Shown here: in pieces, positions 1-12,010 of the stretch
How the letters are laid out: each line of letters begins with the position of its first letter
How positions within the stretch are numbered: the stretch's first letter is position 1
From: Felis catus
Taxonomy: Eukaryota
Assembly: GCF_018350175.1 (NCBI RefSeq)
Contig: NC_058368.1
Location: 136,092,001-136,156,000 of the forward strand
Direction: 5' to 3'
DNA: 64,000 nt
Position numbers and translations under genes: made by a program
The notes under the pieces: generated by a model
Databases searched by the model: none
What the model saw: the letters and a program-made list of their open reading frames with translations, nothing else
What the model was told of the DNA's origin: nothing

Positions 1-44
1 TAAAGGAAGATGAATTCCATTGTTTCAATACAAGAGGGCATTCT

Positions 45-136
45 TTTTTTTTTTACATGTATTTATTTTGAAAGAGAGGGCAAGAGAGGGCAAGCAGTGG
101 GGGGGGGGGAGGGAGGGAGGGAGGGGGGGGGAGGGA

Positions 137-173
<37 letters not shown>

Positions 174-300
174 AGGGAGGGAGAGAGAGAATCCCAAGCA
201 GGCTCTGCACTGACAGAGGGGCTCGAACCCATGAACCAACCATGAGATCATGACCTGAGACAAAGTCACACACCCAACCGACTGAGCCACACACGTGCCC
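45..300 (-). mobile_element. SINEC (carnivore tRNA-derived SINE) with expanded GA-rich tract
   Basis: SINEC body; flanking ggcattct(t) TSD. Confidence 0.9.
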
Positions 301-1128
301 GCAAAAAGGCATTCTTAAAAGTAAAATACAAAGCAACCCAAACTCCTCACATGGCAATGATTATGTTCAGATCAAGGAAACAAGAGATTTCAAAATGAAA
401 AGATACCTAAGATTTTATACAAAGCTATTAGAACAAAAAATATTTCAGCTAATAAAACTTCCCAAATAACAATCACAAAAAGAAGCAAACACCCAATTGA
501 AATTAAATAAAGTAGCATCTGCAAACTACCCTGAATCAAAAAGTTTATAAACTAAGATGAGAAAACAGGGCAAAAGGGCAAGATTTGAATTGGGAGTTAA
601 AATCAAGATAGAAATGGGAGAAAAAGTAACATTGGCTACAAAGTATCCAAGGCAGAATATATCTGACTGAAAATTTAGGGAGTACCAAAGAAAACACATT
701 AAAAAAAAAAAAAGAAAATAAGTGTTAAATACGGATAACTAGCAAAGAATATTTAATATATGTATAAATGTATATACAAGTACCTGAAGAAAAAAAGCTA
801 AAAATCAAAAACAAAATAAAATCTAAAAAAAATCTCAATGCCTCTAAACAAAAAGACCAAGTCAGGTACAAAATAAAGAAAATTAATTAGTGTAAGATTT
901 TTCCCATAGAAATTTGTGGGAAAAAGTATGAATCAAGGATTTTGTGATATGGCCTAGCTGACCTTTGAGCAGGGAAACTAAGTTTACAATGTTGAAGAAT
1001 ACTATACTCACTAATCTTTCCAGAGAAATCTACTGAAAATAAGCTTCAACCAACCAAGTATGATCAGGGAAAACTTGGGTTAACAAAACAAAACCCAACC
1101 TTAGCAATTCTAACAGAAAAGTAAACTA

Positions 1129-1764
1129 CAGTTGACCCTCGAACAACTGTGGGGGAGGGAGGCTAGGGGTGCCGAAAACTGTAGTTTTCATATATATATT
1201 TAGTATTTATTTTTGAGAGAGTGCAAGTGGGGAAGGGGCAGAGAGAGGGGGACGGGGGAGAGAGGACAGAGGATCTGAAGCAGGCTCTGTGCTGTCAGCA
1301 GCGGGTCCAAGGTGGGGTTGCAACTGGCTAACTGCAAGATAATGACCTGAGCTGAAGTCAGATGCTCAACTGACTGAGCCACCCGGTTGCCCCAGCTTTT
1401 TTTTTTTTTTTTTTAAGCAGGCTCCATACTCAGTATGGAGCTGGAACTCATGACCCCAAAATCAAAAGTTGCATGCTCTACCAAATGAGCCAGCCAGGTA
1501 CCCCCCTGTGTACAATTTTTGACTCCCCAAAACCTTAAGCATTATTAGCCTACTGTTGACCAGAAGCCTTATAAATAATATAAACAGCCTATTAATATAT
1601 GCTTGATGTATTATACACTGCATTCTTACAATAAAATAAAGAAAATATTAAAATTCTAAAGAAGAGAAAATACATTTATAATACTGTACTATATTTATGG
1701 GGAAAAAAATTCACATATAGGTGGACCTGTCCAGCTCAAACCATGGCTGTTCAAGGGTCAATAT
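1129..1764 (-). mobile_element. Tigger2a-like DNA transposon (MITE), interrupted by two SINECs (~1198-1393, ~1397-1506)
   Basis: Inverted termini ta|cagttgaccctcgaaca ... tgttcaagggtcaa; interior matches Tigger2a as recalled. Confidence 0.75.
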
Positions 1765-2109
1765 ATATTAAATTGACAAGCTGTAAAACTCATGTGGAAA
1801 TACAAAGGACCTAGAAAAAAATCAATTCTGAAAAAGCAAAGCAAAGCTGGAAGATTTACATTATCTTACTTCAACAAGTACTGTGAAGCTACTGTAATCA
1901 AAAAGTGTGCTATTAAAAATAGATTATTATTTAAGTGTGCTATTAAAAATACAGAAGGAGTACATGCACCCCAATGTTTATAGTAGCACTATCAACAATA
2001 GCCAACCTATGGAGAGAGTCCAAATGTCCACTTACTGATGAATGGATAAAGAAGATGTGGTATATATATACAATGGAGTATCACTAGGCAATTAAAAAGA
2101 ATGAAATCT

Positions 2110-2760
2110 TGGGGCGCCTGGATGGCTCAGTCGGTTGAGCGTCCGACTTCGGCTCGGGTCATGATCTCACAGTTTGTGAGTTCCAGCCCTGCATCGGGCT
2201 CTGTGCTGACAGCTCAGGGCCTGGAGCCTGCTTCAGATTCTGTGTCTCCCTCTCTCTACCCCTCTTCTGCTTGTACGCTCTCTCAAAAATAAAAATAAAC
2301 ATTAACAAACAGTGAACAAACAACAGATCTCAGCATTTTGCCAAAGAAAATAGTATATTGACAGCAAATAAACATATGAAATGATCATTAATTGATGGCT
2401 CAATTAGTTAAGCATCCTTTTTGGCTCAGGTCATGATTTCATGTTTCATGAGTTTGAGCCCAGAATTGGGCTCTGCTGTCAGCATGGAGCCTGCTTCAGA
2501 TCTTCTGTCCCTACCTCTCTCTACCCCTCCACTGCTTGTGCTCTCTCAAAAATAAACATTTAGGGGTACCTGGGTGGTTCAGCCAGTTAAGGGTCTGGTT
2601 TTGGCTCCGGTCATGATCTCACGGTTCCTGGATTCAGGCCCTGAGTTGGGCTCTATGCTGACAGTGTGGAACCTGTTTGCAATTCTTTCTCTCTTCCTCG
2701 CTATCTGCCCCTCGCCCACCCTCCATTTCTCTCAGAATAAATTAACAAACCTTAAAAAAA
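2110..2760 (+). mobile_element. Three SINECs (~2110-2310, ~2395-2560, ~2563-2760)
   Basis: gggcgcctgg/tggctcag heads, CT tract and A-rich tails. Confidence 0.88.
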
Positions 2761-2770
2761 AGATGACCAT

Positions 2771-3400
2771 GGGAACGCAAGTTAGTGTAGCCACTCTGGA
2801 AAACAGTATGGAGGTTCCTCAAAAAACTAAAAATAGAACTACCCTATAACCCAGCAAATGCACTACTAGGCATTTATCCAAGGGATACAGGTGTGCTGTT
2901 TCGAAGGGGCACATGCACCCCCATGTTTATAGCAGCACTATCAACAGTAGCCAAAGTATGGAAAGAGCCCAAATGTCCATCGATGGATGAATGGATAAAG
3001 AAGACGTGGTATATATATGTAATGGAGTATTACTCAGCAATCAAAAAGAATGGAATCTTGCCATTTGCAACTACATGGATGGAACTGGAGGGTATTATGC
3101 TAAGTGAAATTAGTCAGAGAAAGACAAACATCCTATGACTTCACTCATATGAGGACTTTAAGAGATAAAACAGGTGAACATAAGGGAAGGAAAACAAACA
3201 TATAAAAACAGGGAGGTGGACAAAACATAAGAGACTCATAAATATGGAGAACAAACTGAGGGTTACTGGAGGTGTTGTGGGAGGGGGGATGGGCTAAATG
3301 GGTAAGAGGCACTAAGGAATCTGCTCCTGAAATCATTGTTTCACTATATGCTAACTAATTTGGATGTAAATTTTAAAAAATAAAAAAATTAAATTAAAAT
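2771..3400 (+). mobile_element. 5'-truncated L1 (ORF2 end + 3' UTR)
   Basis: ORF2 C-terminal peptide (CTPMFIAAL...); 13 bp TSD aaaagatgaccat at 2758-2770 and 3401-3413. Confidence 0.92.
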
Positions 3401-3589
3401 AAAAGATGACCATTTCAAAATTAACAAGGATGTGGAAAAAGTGGAACCGTCATACACTACTAGTCAAAATATAAAATGGTTCAACCACTTTGAAGAAGAG
3501 TTTGGCACTTTTTTTTTTTTTAAGGTCTGACTGGATTTATTCAATGGGTAGCATCCCATTTAACAAATAGAAGGGTGCTCCCAAGGCAG

Positions 3590-3700
3590 TTTTTTTTTTT
3601 TTTTTTTTTAATGTAGGCTCCATACCCAATGTGGGGTTTAAACTCACCACCCAGAGATGAAGAATCTCATGCTCTACCGACGGAGCCAGTCAGGCACCCC
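3590..3700 (-). mobile_element. Short SINEC
   Basis: TSD ccaaggcag at 3581 and 3701. Confidence 0.85.
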
Positions 3701-3843
3701 CCAAGGCAGCTTCTTAAAAAGTTAAAACACACCTACTCCATGAGTAGACTTCCAACAGAAATGAAAACTTATGTCCACACAGTCTTCTCCACTAATATTC
3801 ACAGCAGCTCTATTATTAACCTTCCCCAAATGAAAACAATCGA

Positions 3844-5258
3844 TGGCACAAAAACAGACACATAGACCAATGGAATAGAATAGAAATCCCAGAACTAGAC
3901 CCACAAAAGTATGGCCAACTAATCTTTGACAAAGCAGGAAAGAACATACAATGGAAAAAAGACAGTCTCTTTAACAAATGGTGCTGGGAGAACTGGACAG
4001 CAACATGCAGAAGGTTGAAACTAGACCACTTTCTCACACCATTCACAAAAATAAACTCAAAATGGTTAAAGGACCTGAATGTGAGACGGGAAACCATCAA
4101 AACCCTAGAGGAGAAAACAGGAAAAGACCTCTCTGACCTCAGCCGTAGCAATTTCTTACTCGACACATCCCCAAAGGCAAGGGAATTAAAAGCAAAAATG
4201 AACTACTGGGACCTTATGAAGATAAAAAGCTTCGGCAGAGCAAAGGAAACAACCAACAAAACTAAAGGGCAATCAACAGAATGGGAAAAGATATTTGCAA
4301 ATGACATATCGGACAAAGGGCTAGTATCCAAAATCTATAAAGAGCTCACCAAACTCCACACCCGAAAAACAAATAATCCAGTGAAGAAATGGGCAGAAAA
4401 CATGAATAGACACTTCTCTAAAGAAGACATCCAGATGGCCAACAGGCACACGAAAAGAAGCTCAACGTCGCTTCTCATCAGGGAAATACAAATCAAAACC
4501 ACACTCAGGTATCACCTCACGCCAGTCAGAGTAGCCAAAATGAACAAATCAGGAGACTATAGATGCTGGCGAGGATGTGGAGAAACGGGAACCCTCTTGC
4601 ACTGTTGTGGGAATGCAAATTGGTGCAGCCACTCTGGAAAACAGTGTGGAGGTTCCTCAAAAAATTAAAAATAGACCTACCCTATGACCCAGCAGGAGCA
4701 CTGCTAGGAATTTGCCCAAGGGATACAGGAGTGCCAATGCAGAGGGGCACTTGTACCCCAATGTTTATAGCAGCACTCTCAACAATAGCCAAATTATGGA
4801 AAGAGCCTAAATGTCCATCAACTGATGAACGGATAAAGAAATTGTGGTTTATATACACAATGGAGTACTACGTGGCCATGAGAAAGAATGAAACCTGGCC
4901 CTTTGTGGCAACGTGGACGGAACTGGAGAGTGTGATGCTAAGTGAAATAAGCCATACAGAGAAAGACAGATACCATATGTTTTCACTCTTATGTGGATCC
5001 TGAGAAACTTAACAGGAACCCATGGGGGAGGGGAAGGGAAAAAAAAAAAAGAGGTTAGAGTGGGAGAGAGCCAAAGCATAAGAGACTGTTAAAAACAGAA
5101 CAAACTGAGGGTTGATGGGGGGTGGGAGGGAGAGGAGGGTGGATGATGGGTATTGAGCAGGGCACCTGTTGGGATGAGCACTGGGTGTTGTATGGAAACC
5201 AATTTGACAATAAATTTCATATATTGAAAAAAAAATAAACTCTTCAGCATAAAAAAAA
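3844..5258 (+). mobile_element. Young 5'-truncated L1 (L1_Fc-type), inserted into an older L1M
   Basis: ORF2 C-terminus in ORFs 4015-4668 and 4563-5003, split by a frameshift near 4607; 12 bp TSD gaaaacaatcga at 3832-3843 and 5259-5270. Confidence 0.95.
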
Positions 5259-5544
5259 GAAAACAATCGAAACGTTTATGAAGTGAATGCATAAACAAAT
5301 TCTAGTATAATAATAAAATGGGATACTGCAGCAATAAAAAGGAATGAACAACTAATATGTACAACAAAATGTGTGAAGCTGAAAACTATGCTGAGTAAAG
5401 GAAGGCAAACAAAAGATTTAATGTTTATAAACTTCTAGAAAATGCATACTAATCGGCGACAGAAAGTGTGATCCAGCAGTGATCAGGGAACAGCAGATGA
5501 GAGAAAGGAGAGTAGGATTATAAAGGGGTATAAAGAAATCCAAA

Positions 5545-5810
5545 CCAGCCCACACACTGAGATCATGTGAAGCTCTGAGAGGACAGGAAGAAACAAAACG
5601 GCTTTCAATCTCTAGCTGCTCAGTCCTGGGCTACGGTAGCTCCAAGTCTATGTGAATGCAACCACGTGAAAGATCTAAAGGACAAGTGTCCAGCAAGGCC
5701 GTCACAAATTCTTGACCCACAGAAACCACGACAGATAATAAAATGATAATTACTATTTCAAGGTACTAAGTTTTGGGGAGTTTGTTAGATAACAAGAGAC
5801 ACCAGAACAG
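5545..5810 (+). mobile_element. MLT1-type MaLR LTR fragment
   Basis: Typical 3' end gacccacagaaac...aataaaatg...ctaagttttggggagtttgtt...ccagaaca. Confidence 0.65.
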
Positions 5811-5879
5811 ACCATCAGCACTGCTTTTATATAGCTGTTTCTTGGTCACCACTAGTATGTCTCATGTTCTCCTATCTCC

Positions 5880-6447
5880 GACAATTGTCAACTGCTGAAA
5901 CTTCTGCTGAGATCTCTTGAGTCATCAGCAAACCCTGCTCCCAATATCTTTAACCTCTTCTCTGAATATTCCCTTTACCTCCTTGCTTTAAAATCTAACT
6001 TTTCCCAAAGATGCCTCTTTCCTTGCAGGTATCTCAAATGAAATGTCTTCTCCATATCCCTCAAATCATCATACCACAGATGGGGAAGCAATCTTACTTG
6101 CTCCTTACACCCACTTCCAGATTTTTCCTCTCTCCTTCCTTCCTAAAAACCCTCAGTTTCAAGAAGCCTGTTACTAGACTCCATTGTCTGCTATTCCTCT
6201 TTATGTAATCATTTACAACCATCTGAGCCACGCTTCCTCACTCCCGAGATTTAGCGTTGTCTCCAACTCCTGCCGTTCTTGGTTATTAAAAAACCCACAC
6301 AGCTGATTCTGCCAATACCCTAACCGTCCAGGTCCTTAAACTCCTCCATACTAATGATCTTGTACACCACCCAATCGCAGTTACTAGCTTCTATGGTTAA
6401 CAATAACCGAACCTTTCCATAAACTCAGTTTAAAGAATCCTACTCTC
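5880..6447 (+). mobile_element. Ancient L2 LINE fragment (continues at ~10097-11520)
   Basis: C/T-rich diverged sequence resembling L2, split by later insertions. Confidence 0.55.
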
Positions 6448-6450
6448 TAT

Positions 6451-6675
6451 GGGGCGCCTGGGTGGCGCAGTCGGTTAAGCGTCCGACTTCAGCTCAGGTC
6501 ACGATCTCGCGGTCCGTGAGTTCGAGCCCCGCGTCAGGCTCTGGGCTGATGGCTCAGAGCCTGGAGCCTGTTTCCGATTCTGTGTCTCCCCCTCTCTCTG
6601 CCCCTCCCCCGTTCATGCTCTGTCTCTCTCTGTCCCAAAAATAAATAAACGTTAAAAAAAAATTTTTAAAAAAAT
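6451..6675 (+). mobile_element. Young SINEC_Fc
   Basis: CpG-intact body; TSD taaagaatcctactctc. Confidence 0.95.
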
Positions 6676-7149
6676 AAAGAATCCTACTCTCCTTGGACAG
6701 AAGACATGAACAGACATTTCTTGGAAGGTGATAGAGGGCCAAAGACACATGAAAAGATACTCAACATCACTCATCATCAGGCAAATGCGAATCAAAACAA
6801 TGAGCTATCAACTGACATGTCATATTAGCTAAAATCAAAAACACAAAAGAAACAAGGGTTGGCGAAGATGTAGAAAAAAGGAATCTTCACGCACTGCTGG
6901 TGGGAATGCAAACTGGATCAGCCTCTATGGAAAACAATATGGAGACTCCTCAAAATATTAAAAACAGAACTACGTCCTCACCTGCTACAAAAATAGAACC
7001 ATCCTATGATCCAGTAAATTGCACTGCTGGGTATTTACGAAAGAACACAAAAACACCACCCTGAAGAGATATATACACCCCTATGTTTATTTTAAAAATC
7101 AATTTATCTTATAACTGTACTCTTTAATTCCAATCCCTTATATCCCCTA

Positions 7150-7320
7150 TGTATGTGTGTGCGTATATATTTATATATATACATATATGTATATGTGTGT
7201 ATATATTTATATATATATGTATAAATATACATATATATACATAATATAAATATAAATATATTATATATATAATAAATATAAATATACATATATTATATAT
7301 ATATGTATAAATATATACAC
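7150..7320. repeat. AT-rich degenerate (TA)n low-complexity tract
   Basis: Visible directly; lies at the tatataca position of the - strand L1. Confidence 0.9.
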
Positions 7321-7823
7321 ACATCTTCTTTATCCATTCATCTATCAATGGATACTTGGGCTGCTTCCACAGTTGGCCTATTGTAAATAGTGCTGCTATA
7401 AACACAGGGGTGCATGTATACTTGTGAATTGGTGTTTTTGTATTCTTTTGGTAAATACTCACTAGTGCCATTGCTAGATCATAAGGTAGTTTTATTTTTA
7501 ATTTTCTGAGGAACCTCCATCCTGTTTTCCACAATCTGCATTCCCACCAACAGTGCAGGAAGGTTCCTTTTTCTTCACATCCTAACACTTGTTCCTTGTA
7601 TTTTTTCTTTTAGTCATTATGCCAGGTCAAGTAATATCTCATTTTTTGAAGTAAACTATGTGCCCAATGTGGGTTTTAAACTCATGACCCTAAGATCGAG
7701 TCACATGTCCTACCAAATTGAGACAGCCAGGCACCCCTCATTATGGTTTTGGTTTGCATTTAACTCGAGTGATGCTGAACATTTTTCATGTGTGTTAGCC
7801 ACCTCTATGTCTTTGGGGAAATG

Positions 7824-7826
<3 letters not shown>

Positions 7827-7884
<58 letters not shown>

Positions 7885-8235
7885 TTATTGTCAAATTGGT
7901 TTCCATACAACACCCAGTGCTCATCCCAAAAGGTGCCTTCCTCAATACCCATCACCCACCCTCCCCTCCCTCCCACCCCCCATCAACCCTCAGTTTGTTC
8001 TCAGTTTTTAAAGAGTCTCTCATGCTTTGGCTCTCTCCCACTCTAACCTCTTTTTTTTTTTTTTTCCCTTCCCCTCCCCCATGGGTTCCTGTTAAGTTTC
8101 TCAGGATCCACATAAGAGTGAAACCATATGGTATCTGTCTTTCCCTGTATGGCTTATTTCACTTAGCATCACACTCTCCAGTTCCATCCACGTTGCTACA
8201 AAAGGCCATATTTCATTTTTTCTCATTGCCACGTA
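7827..8235 (-). mobile_element. Young short L1_Fc-type 3' end with a (TA)n tail (7829-7879)
   Basis: Near-identical to the 3' end of the L1 at 3844-5258; TSD ggaaatgtct at 7817-7826 and 8236-8245. Confidence 0.92.
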
Positions 8236-10096
8236 GGAAATGTCTGTTCAGTCTTCTGCCCTTCTTTTTTTTGGTTTTTAAATTTTTTTTTAAGCTCAAC
8301 ATCCACCAACCTGGGGCCTGAATGGAGGACTCTGAGATCAAGAGTCATGCACTCTACTGACTGAGACAGCCAGGGGCCCCTCTTCTGCCCATTTTTAAAT
8401 TGGATTATTTGTTTTTTGGGTGTTAAGTTCTATCAGTTCTTCACATATTTTGGATACTAACCCTTTATGGGCTATGTCATTTGCAACTATCTTCTCCCTT
8501 TCAGTTGGCTACCTTTTAGTTTTGATAACCATTACCTATGCTGTGCAGAAACTTTTCATTTTAACGGAGTCCCAGTAGTTTATTTTTGCTTTTATTTCCT
8601 TTGTCTCAGGAGATATATTTAGAAAAATGTTATGACCAATGTCAGAGATTTCACTGCCTGTACCCTCTTCAAGTTTTTATGGTTTCAATTATCATATTTA
8701 GGTCTTTAATCCATTTTGGGTTTATTTTTGTGTATGGTGAAACAAAGTGGACCAGTTTTGTTCTTTTCCATGCGGCTGTCCAGTTTTCCCAACACCATTT
8801 GTTGAGATTTTTTTTAAGTTCTTTTATTTGAGAGACAGAGAGAGTATGAGCAGGGTAGGGGCAGAGAGAGAGAGGGAGAATCTCAAGCAGGCCTTGAGCT
8901 GTGCACACAAAGAGCAACACGGGGCTCGAACCCACGAACTGTGAGATTATGACCTGAGTCGAAACGAATTGGACACTTAACCAAATGAGCCACCCAGGCA
9001 CCCCTAAGAGATTATCTTTCTCCCAATGCATACTCATCTCGCCTTTGCCAAAGATTAACTGACCATATAATTGTGGGTTTATTTTTTGGGTCTTCTGTTC
9101 TATTCCACTGATCTATGCATGCATGAATTTTTATGCCAGTACCATACTGTTTTAATTGCTACTTCTTTGTAACCTAACATGAAATCTGGAATTGTGATAC
9201 CTTCAGTTTCGTTCTTGTGTTTCAAGATTGCTTTGGCTATTCGACGTCTTGCAGTTCCATACAAATTTTAGGATCGTTTTAGTTCTGCGAAAAATACTGT
9301 TAGTATTTTCACAGGGATTTCATTAAATGTGTAGACTGCTTTGGGTAGTACAGACATTTTAACAATATTTGTTCTTATAACCCATAGCATGGAATGTCTT
9401 TCCATTTCTTTGTCTTGAATTTGGCTGGCATTTCATTCACCTCTAAGCCAAGCTATTATTTACAATAGCCAAATTACGGAAGCAGCCCAAGTGTCCACTG
9501 ATAGATGAATGCATAAAGATGTGGTATACATACACAATGGAATATTACTCAGCCATCAAAAAGAAAATCTTTTCACTTGCAACGATGTGGACGAAGCTAG
9601 AGAGTATAACGCTAAATGAAATAACTCGGAGAAAGACAAATACCGTATGATCTCACTTATATACAGAATTAAGGAACAAAGTAAGAAAAGGGAGGACACC
9701 TGGCTGGCTTAGTCAGTACAGGATGTAATTCTTGATCTCAGAGTAGTGAGTTCAAGCCCCATGCTGGGCTTGGAGCCTATTTAAAATAATATAAATTAAA
9801 ATAAAATACTTTTAAAAAAAGAAAAAAGAGAGACAAACCAAGAAATAGACTTAACTATCAAAAACAAACTGATGGTTAACAAATGCGAGGGGGCTGGGGC
9901 GGGGGTGGGGGGGGGGGGAGCACTGGTGAACTAGGTGAAGGGGATTAAGAGTAAATTTACCATGGTAAGCCCTGAGTAATGTATAGAAATTGTTGAGCCA
10001 CTATGTTGTACAGCTGAAACTAGTTTAACATTGTATGTCAAGAACACTGGAATTAAAATAAAAAAAAAACTAAAAAAAAAAAGAATCCTACTCTCC

Positions 10097-11520
10097 AACT
10101 ATCACCTAACCTCTGCAACTTACTTCTTCTATCTGGATGATGACAATCATTCCACTTAACTAGAACAAAACAGCGATCTTCCACAAATTTTTAAACTTTT
10201 ACTATCCTAATGTCCTCCCTACCTTTCTTAGCCAGCTTAAATTCCATGGTCAATTACTAACATAATTACCTTGTACCCCTCCCTCCCTCCCTCCCTTAAA
10301 TCCACTTGGTAAAACTACAGCCCTATTATTTTCAACACTTAATTCACTATGTGCCTGCCCTCACACACCTGAATTCAACTTAGCTGGAGAAAAACACAAT
10401 CAAGCTGTCTAGTATCTTTTAAACTCATGACCAAAATCTCAAGTAAACCTGTCATGTTGCCTAACAACACTTCCACTACGTTTCCCTAGTCCAATACTCC
10501 TCTACTCTCCCTACTTTCCACCCACTTTCTACTTTCTTTCTGCTCAAAACTCCAACACCTGCTTCCCCTCACTCCTAGTTGATGACCTTATTTCTTTTAC
10601 TGAGAACAGCCACAATCAAAAGACAGCTTCCACAAATCTCTCCATCCACACAAGTCTGTGCCCACGTAACTGTCACATGAACTGTCAATGTTTCTAACAA
10701 AGGCCAAATCCATCTTCTCTTATCTACTCTAGAACACTGCTGCGACACTTCTCTTTTGCCCCTTGTATGATCAAGTTTTCCATCCTTATTCAATCTTTCG
10801 TACCAGACCAAAAAGCGTTGAAACAGATTTCTATCATCTAACAAAAAAACCAGTTAAGAATCTTGTTTATTTTACCCTCCCCTTCATCTATCGGCCAATT
10901 TGTCTACCTTCTATTTACAAAACTTGAAATATTTTTTTTAATTTTTTTTTAACGTTTATTTTTGAGACAAGAGAGAAACAGAGCATGAATGGGGGAGGGG
11001 CAGAGACAGAGGGAGACACAGAATCGGAAGCAGGCTCCAGGCTCTGAGCCATCAGCCCAGAGCCCAACGCGGGGCTCGAACTCACGGACCGCGAGATCGT
11101 GACCTGAGCTGAAGTCGGACGCTTAACCGACTGCGCCACCCAGGTGCCCCAAACTTGAAATATTTACTTACAAGTTTTGCCTTGACTTTCTCCTCTCCCC
11201 GTTCCAAACTCACTCCAATCAGATTTCACCCAAGGCTGAGCTTCTCATTTCCCTCCCTTATAAACCTATTCCACTTGCAGTCTTCTGACCTCAGTACATC
11301 TCAGGAAAAAACAATTTCATCTTTTCATGACTGCAGGTCAATCTTGGAATTCTCTTTGATTTTCCTCTCTCAAACCTCCATTGTCGAATCCATATGCAAA
11401 AACCCGTTGCCTCTGATTTCAAATTATAACCGGAAAGCAAGTACCTTGCTCTCCATCGCCAGCACCTCGATGTCAAACTGGCACATTTCAATAGTCTCCT
11501 CCTTGGTTTACCTGCTTCAC
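10097..11520 (+). mobile_element. Ancient L2 fragment containing a young - strand SINEC (10935-11150)
   Basis: L2-like text; SINE TSD aaacttgaaatattt at 10920-10934 and 11151-11165. Confidence 0.6.
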
Positions 11521-11609
11521 CCCGGCCTGGCCCCGCACACTCCCCAGTCAGAAACAATGGACAAACCAAGGCAAAATCAAGTTCAGGTAGCGAATCAGTT
11601 CTAACCCAT

Positions 11610-12010
11610 CAGGGTGCCCAAGCCGCAAGAGGAAGGAGCCTGTAGCTAAAACTCCCAAATGAGGAAAGCCGCAGAAACCTGTGGAATACCGCCCCGCAAT
11701 CAGCGAACCCGACCGGGCCAGCCCAGCCGCGGAAGCCCCTAGCGGGACGCTCGGAGCGAGCCCAGTGAGCCTGTCTGAAGGCGATGCCGTCCAAGATCTC
11801 ACCTGGCCTGTGCCACGCCGGAACAGCACCGAATCCTCCTGCTCGGGGACACCGCTGCCTCCCCCCATCGCCATGGCGAGCCTACTGCCGGGTACACGGC
11901 GTGGGCTCCGTCTCTCTGAAAGTGACAACTTCCGCCGCTGGAGGCTTCTGGGAGCGGAAGAGTACGGTGTCCTGGAGATCGGCCACGAGGCCTGGGAGAC
12001 TCCTGGTGCT
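11610..12010 (-). promoter_or_regulatory. SMN1: SMN CpG island / core promoter and 5' UTR
   Basis: CpG-rich; two ETS-type (C)GGAAG cores in inverted arrangement at 11929-11935 and 11954-11960. The - strand block caccgtact.ttccgctcccagaagcc resembles the human SMN 5' UTR as I recall it. Confidence 0.85.
11803..11874 (-). CDS. SMN1: Survival motor neuron protein, coding exon 1 ([24 protein letters not shown]); remaining exons lie left of the window
   Basis: Translation matches the SMN N-terminus ([16 protein letters not shown]). ATG in strong context (gccATGg), 72 nt, phase-0 donor CAG|gtgaga, inside a CpG-rich island. Confidence 0.97.

Larger units (their letters stand above)
6693..10079 (+). 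mobile_element. L1 (+; 6693-~7090 and ~9453-10079) interrupted by a nested - strand L1 (~7091-9412) and further inserts
   Basis: The + L1 text resumes across the gap (cacccctatgtttatt ... ttatttacaatagcc); TSD aaagaatcctactctcc at 6676-6692 and 10080-10096. Confidence 0.85.

Noticed and set aside
4015..5003. Long L1 ORF2-like ORFs (also 45831-46871) as an active or domesticated gene
   Set aside because: They are only the C-terminal part of ORF2, frameshifted and promoterless, with no EN/RT core.
6451..6530. tRNA-like A/B boxes in SINE heads
   Set aside because: SINEC is tRNA-derived; each head continues into a CT tract and tail, so these are not tRNA genes.
1..11802. Further SMN exons (exon 2a, SDDSDIWDD...)
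   Set aside because: Not found on the - strand by eye; intron 1 appears to extend past the window start.
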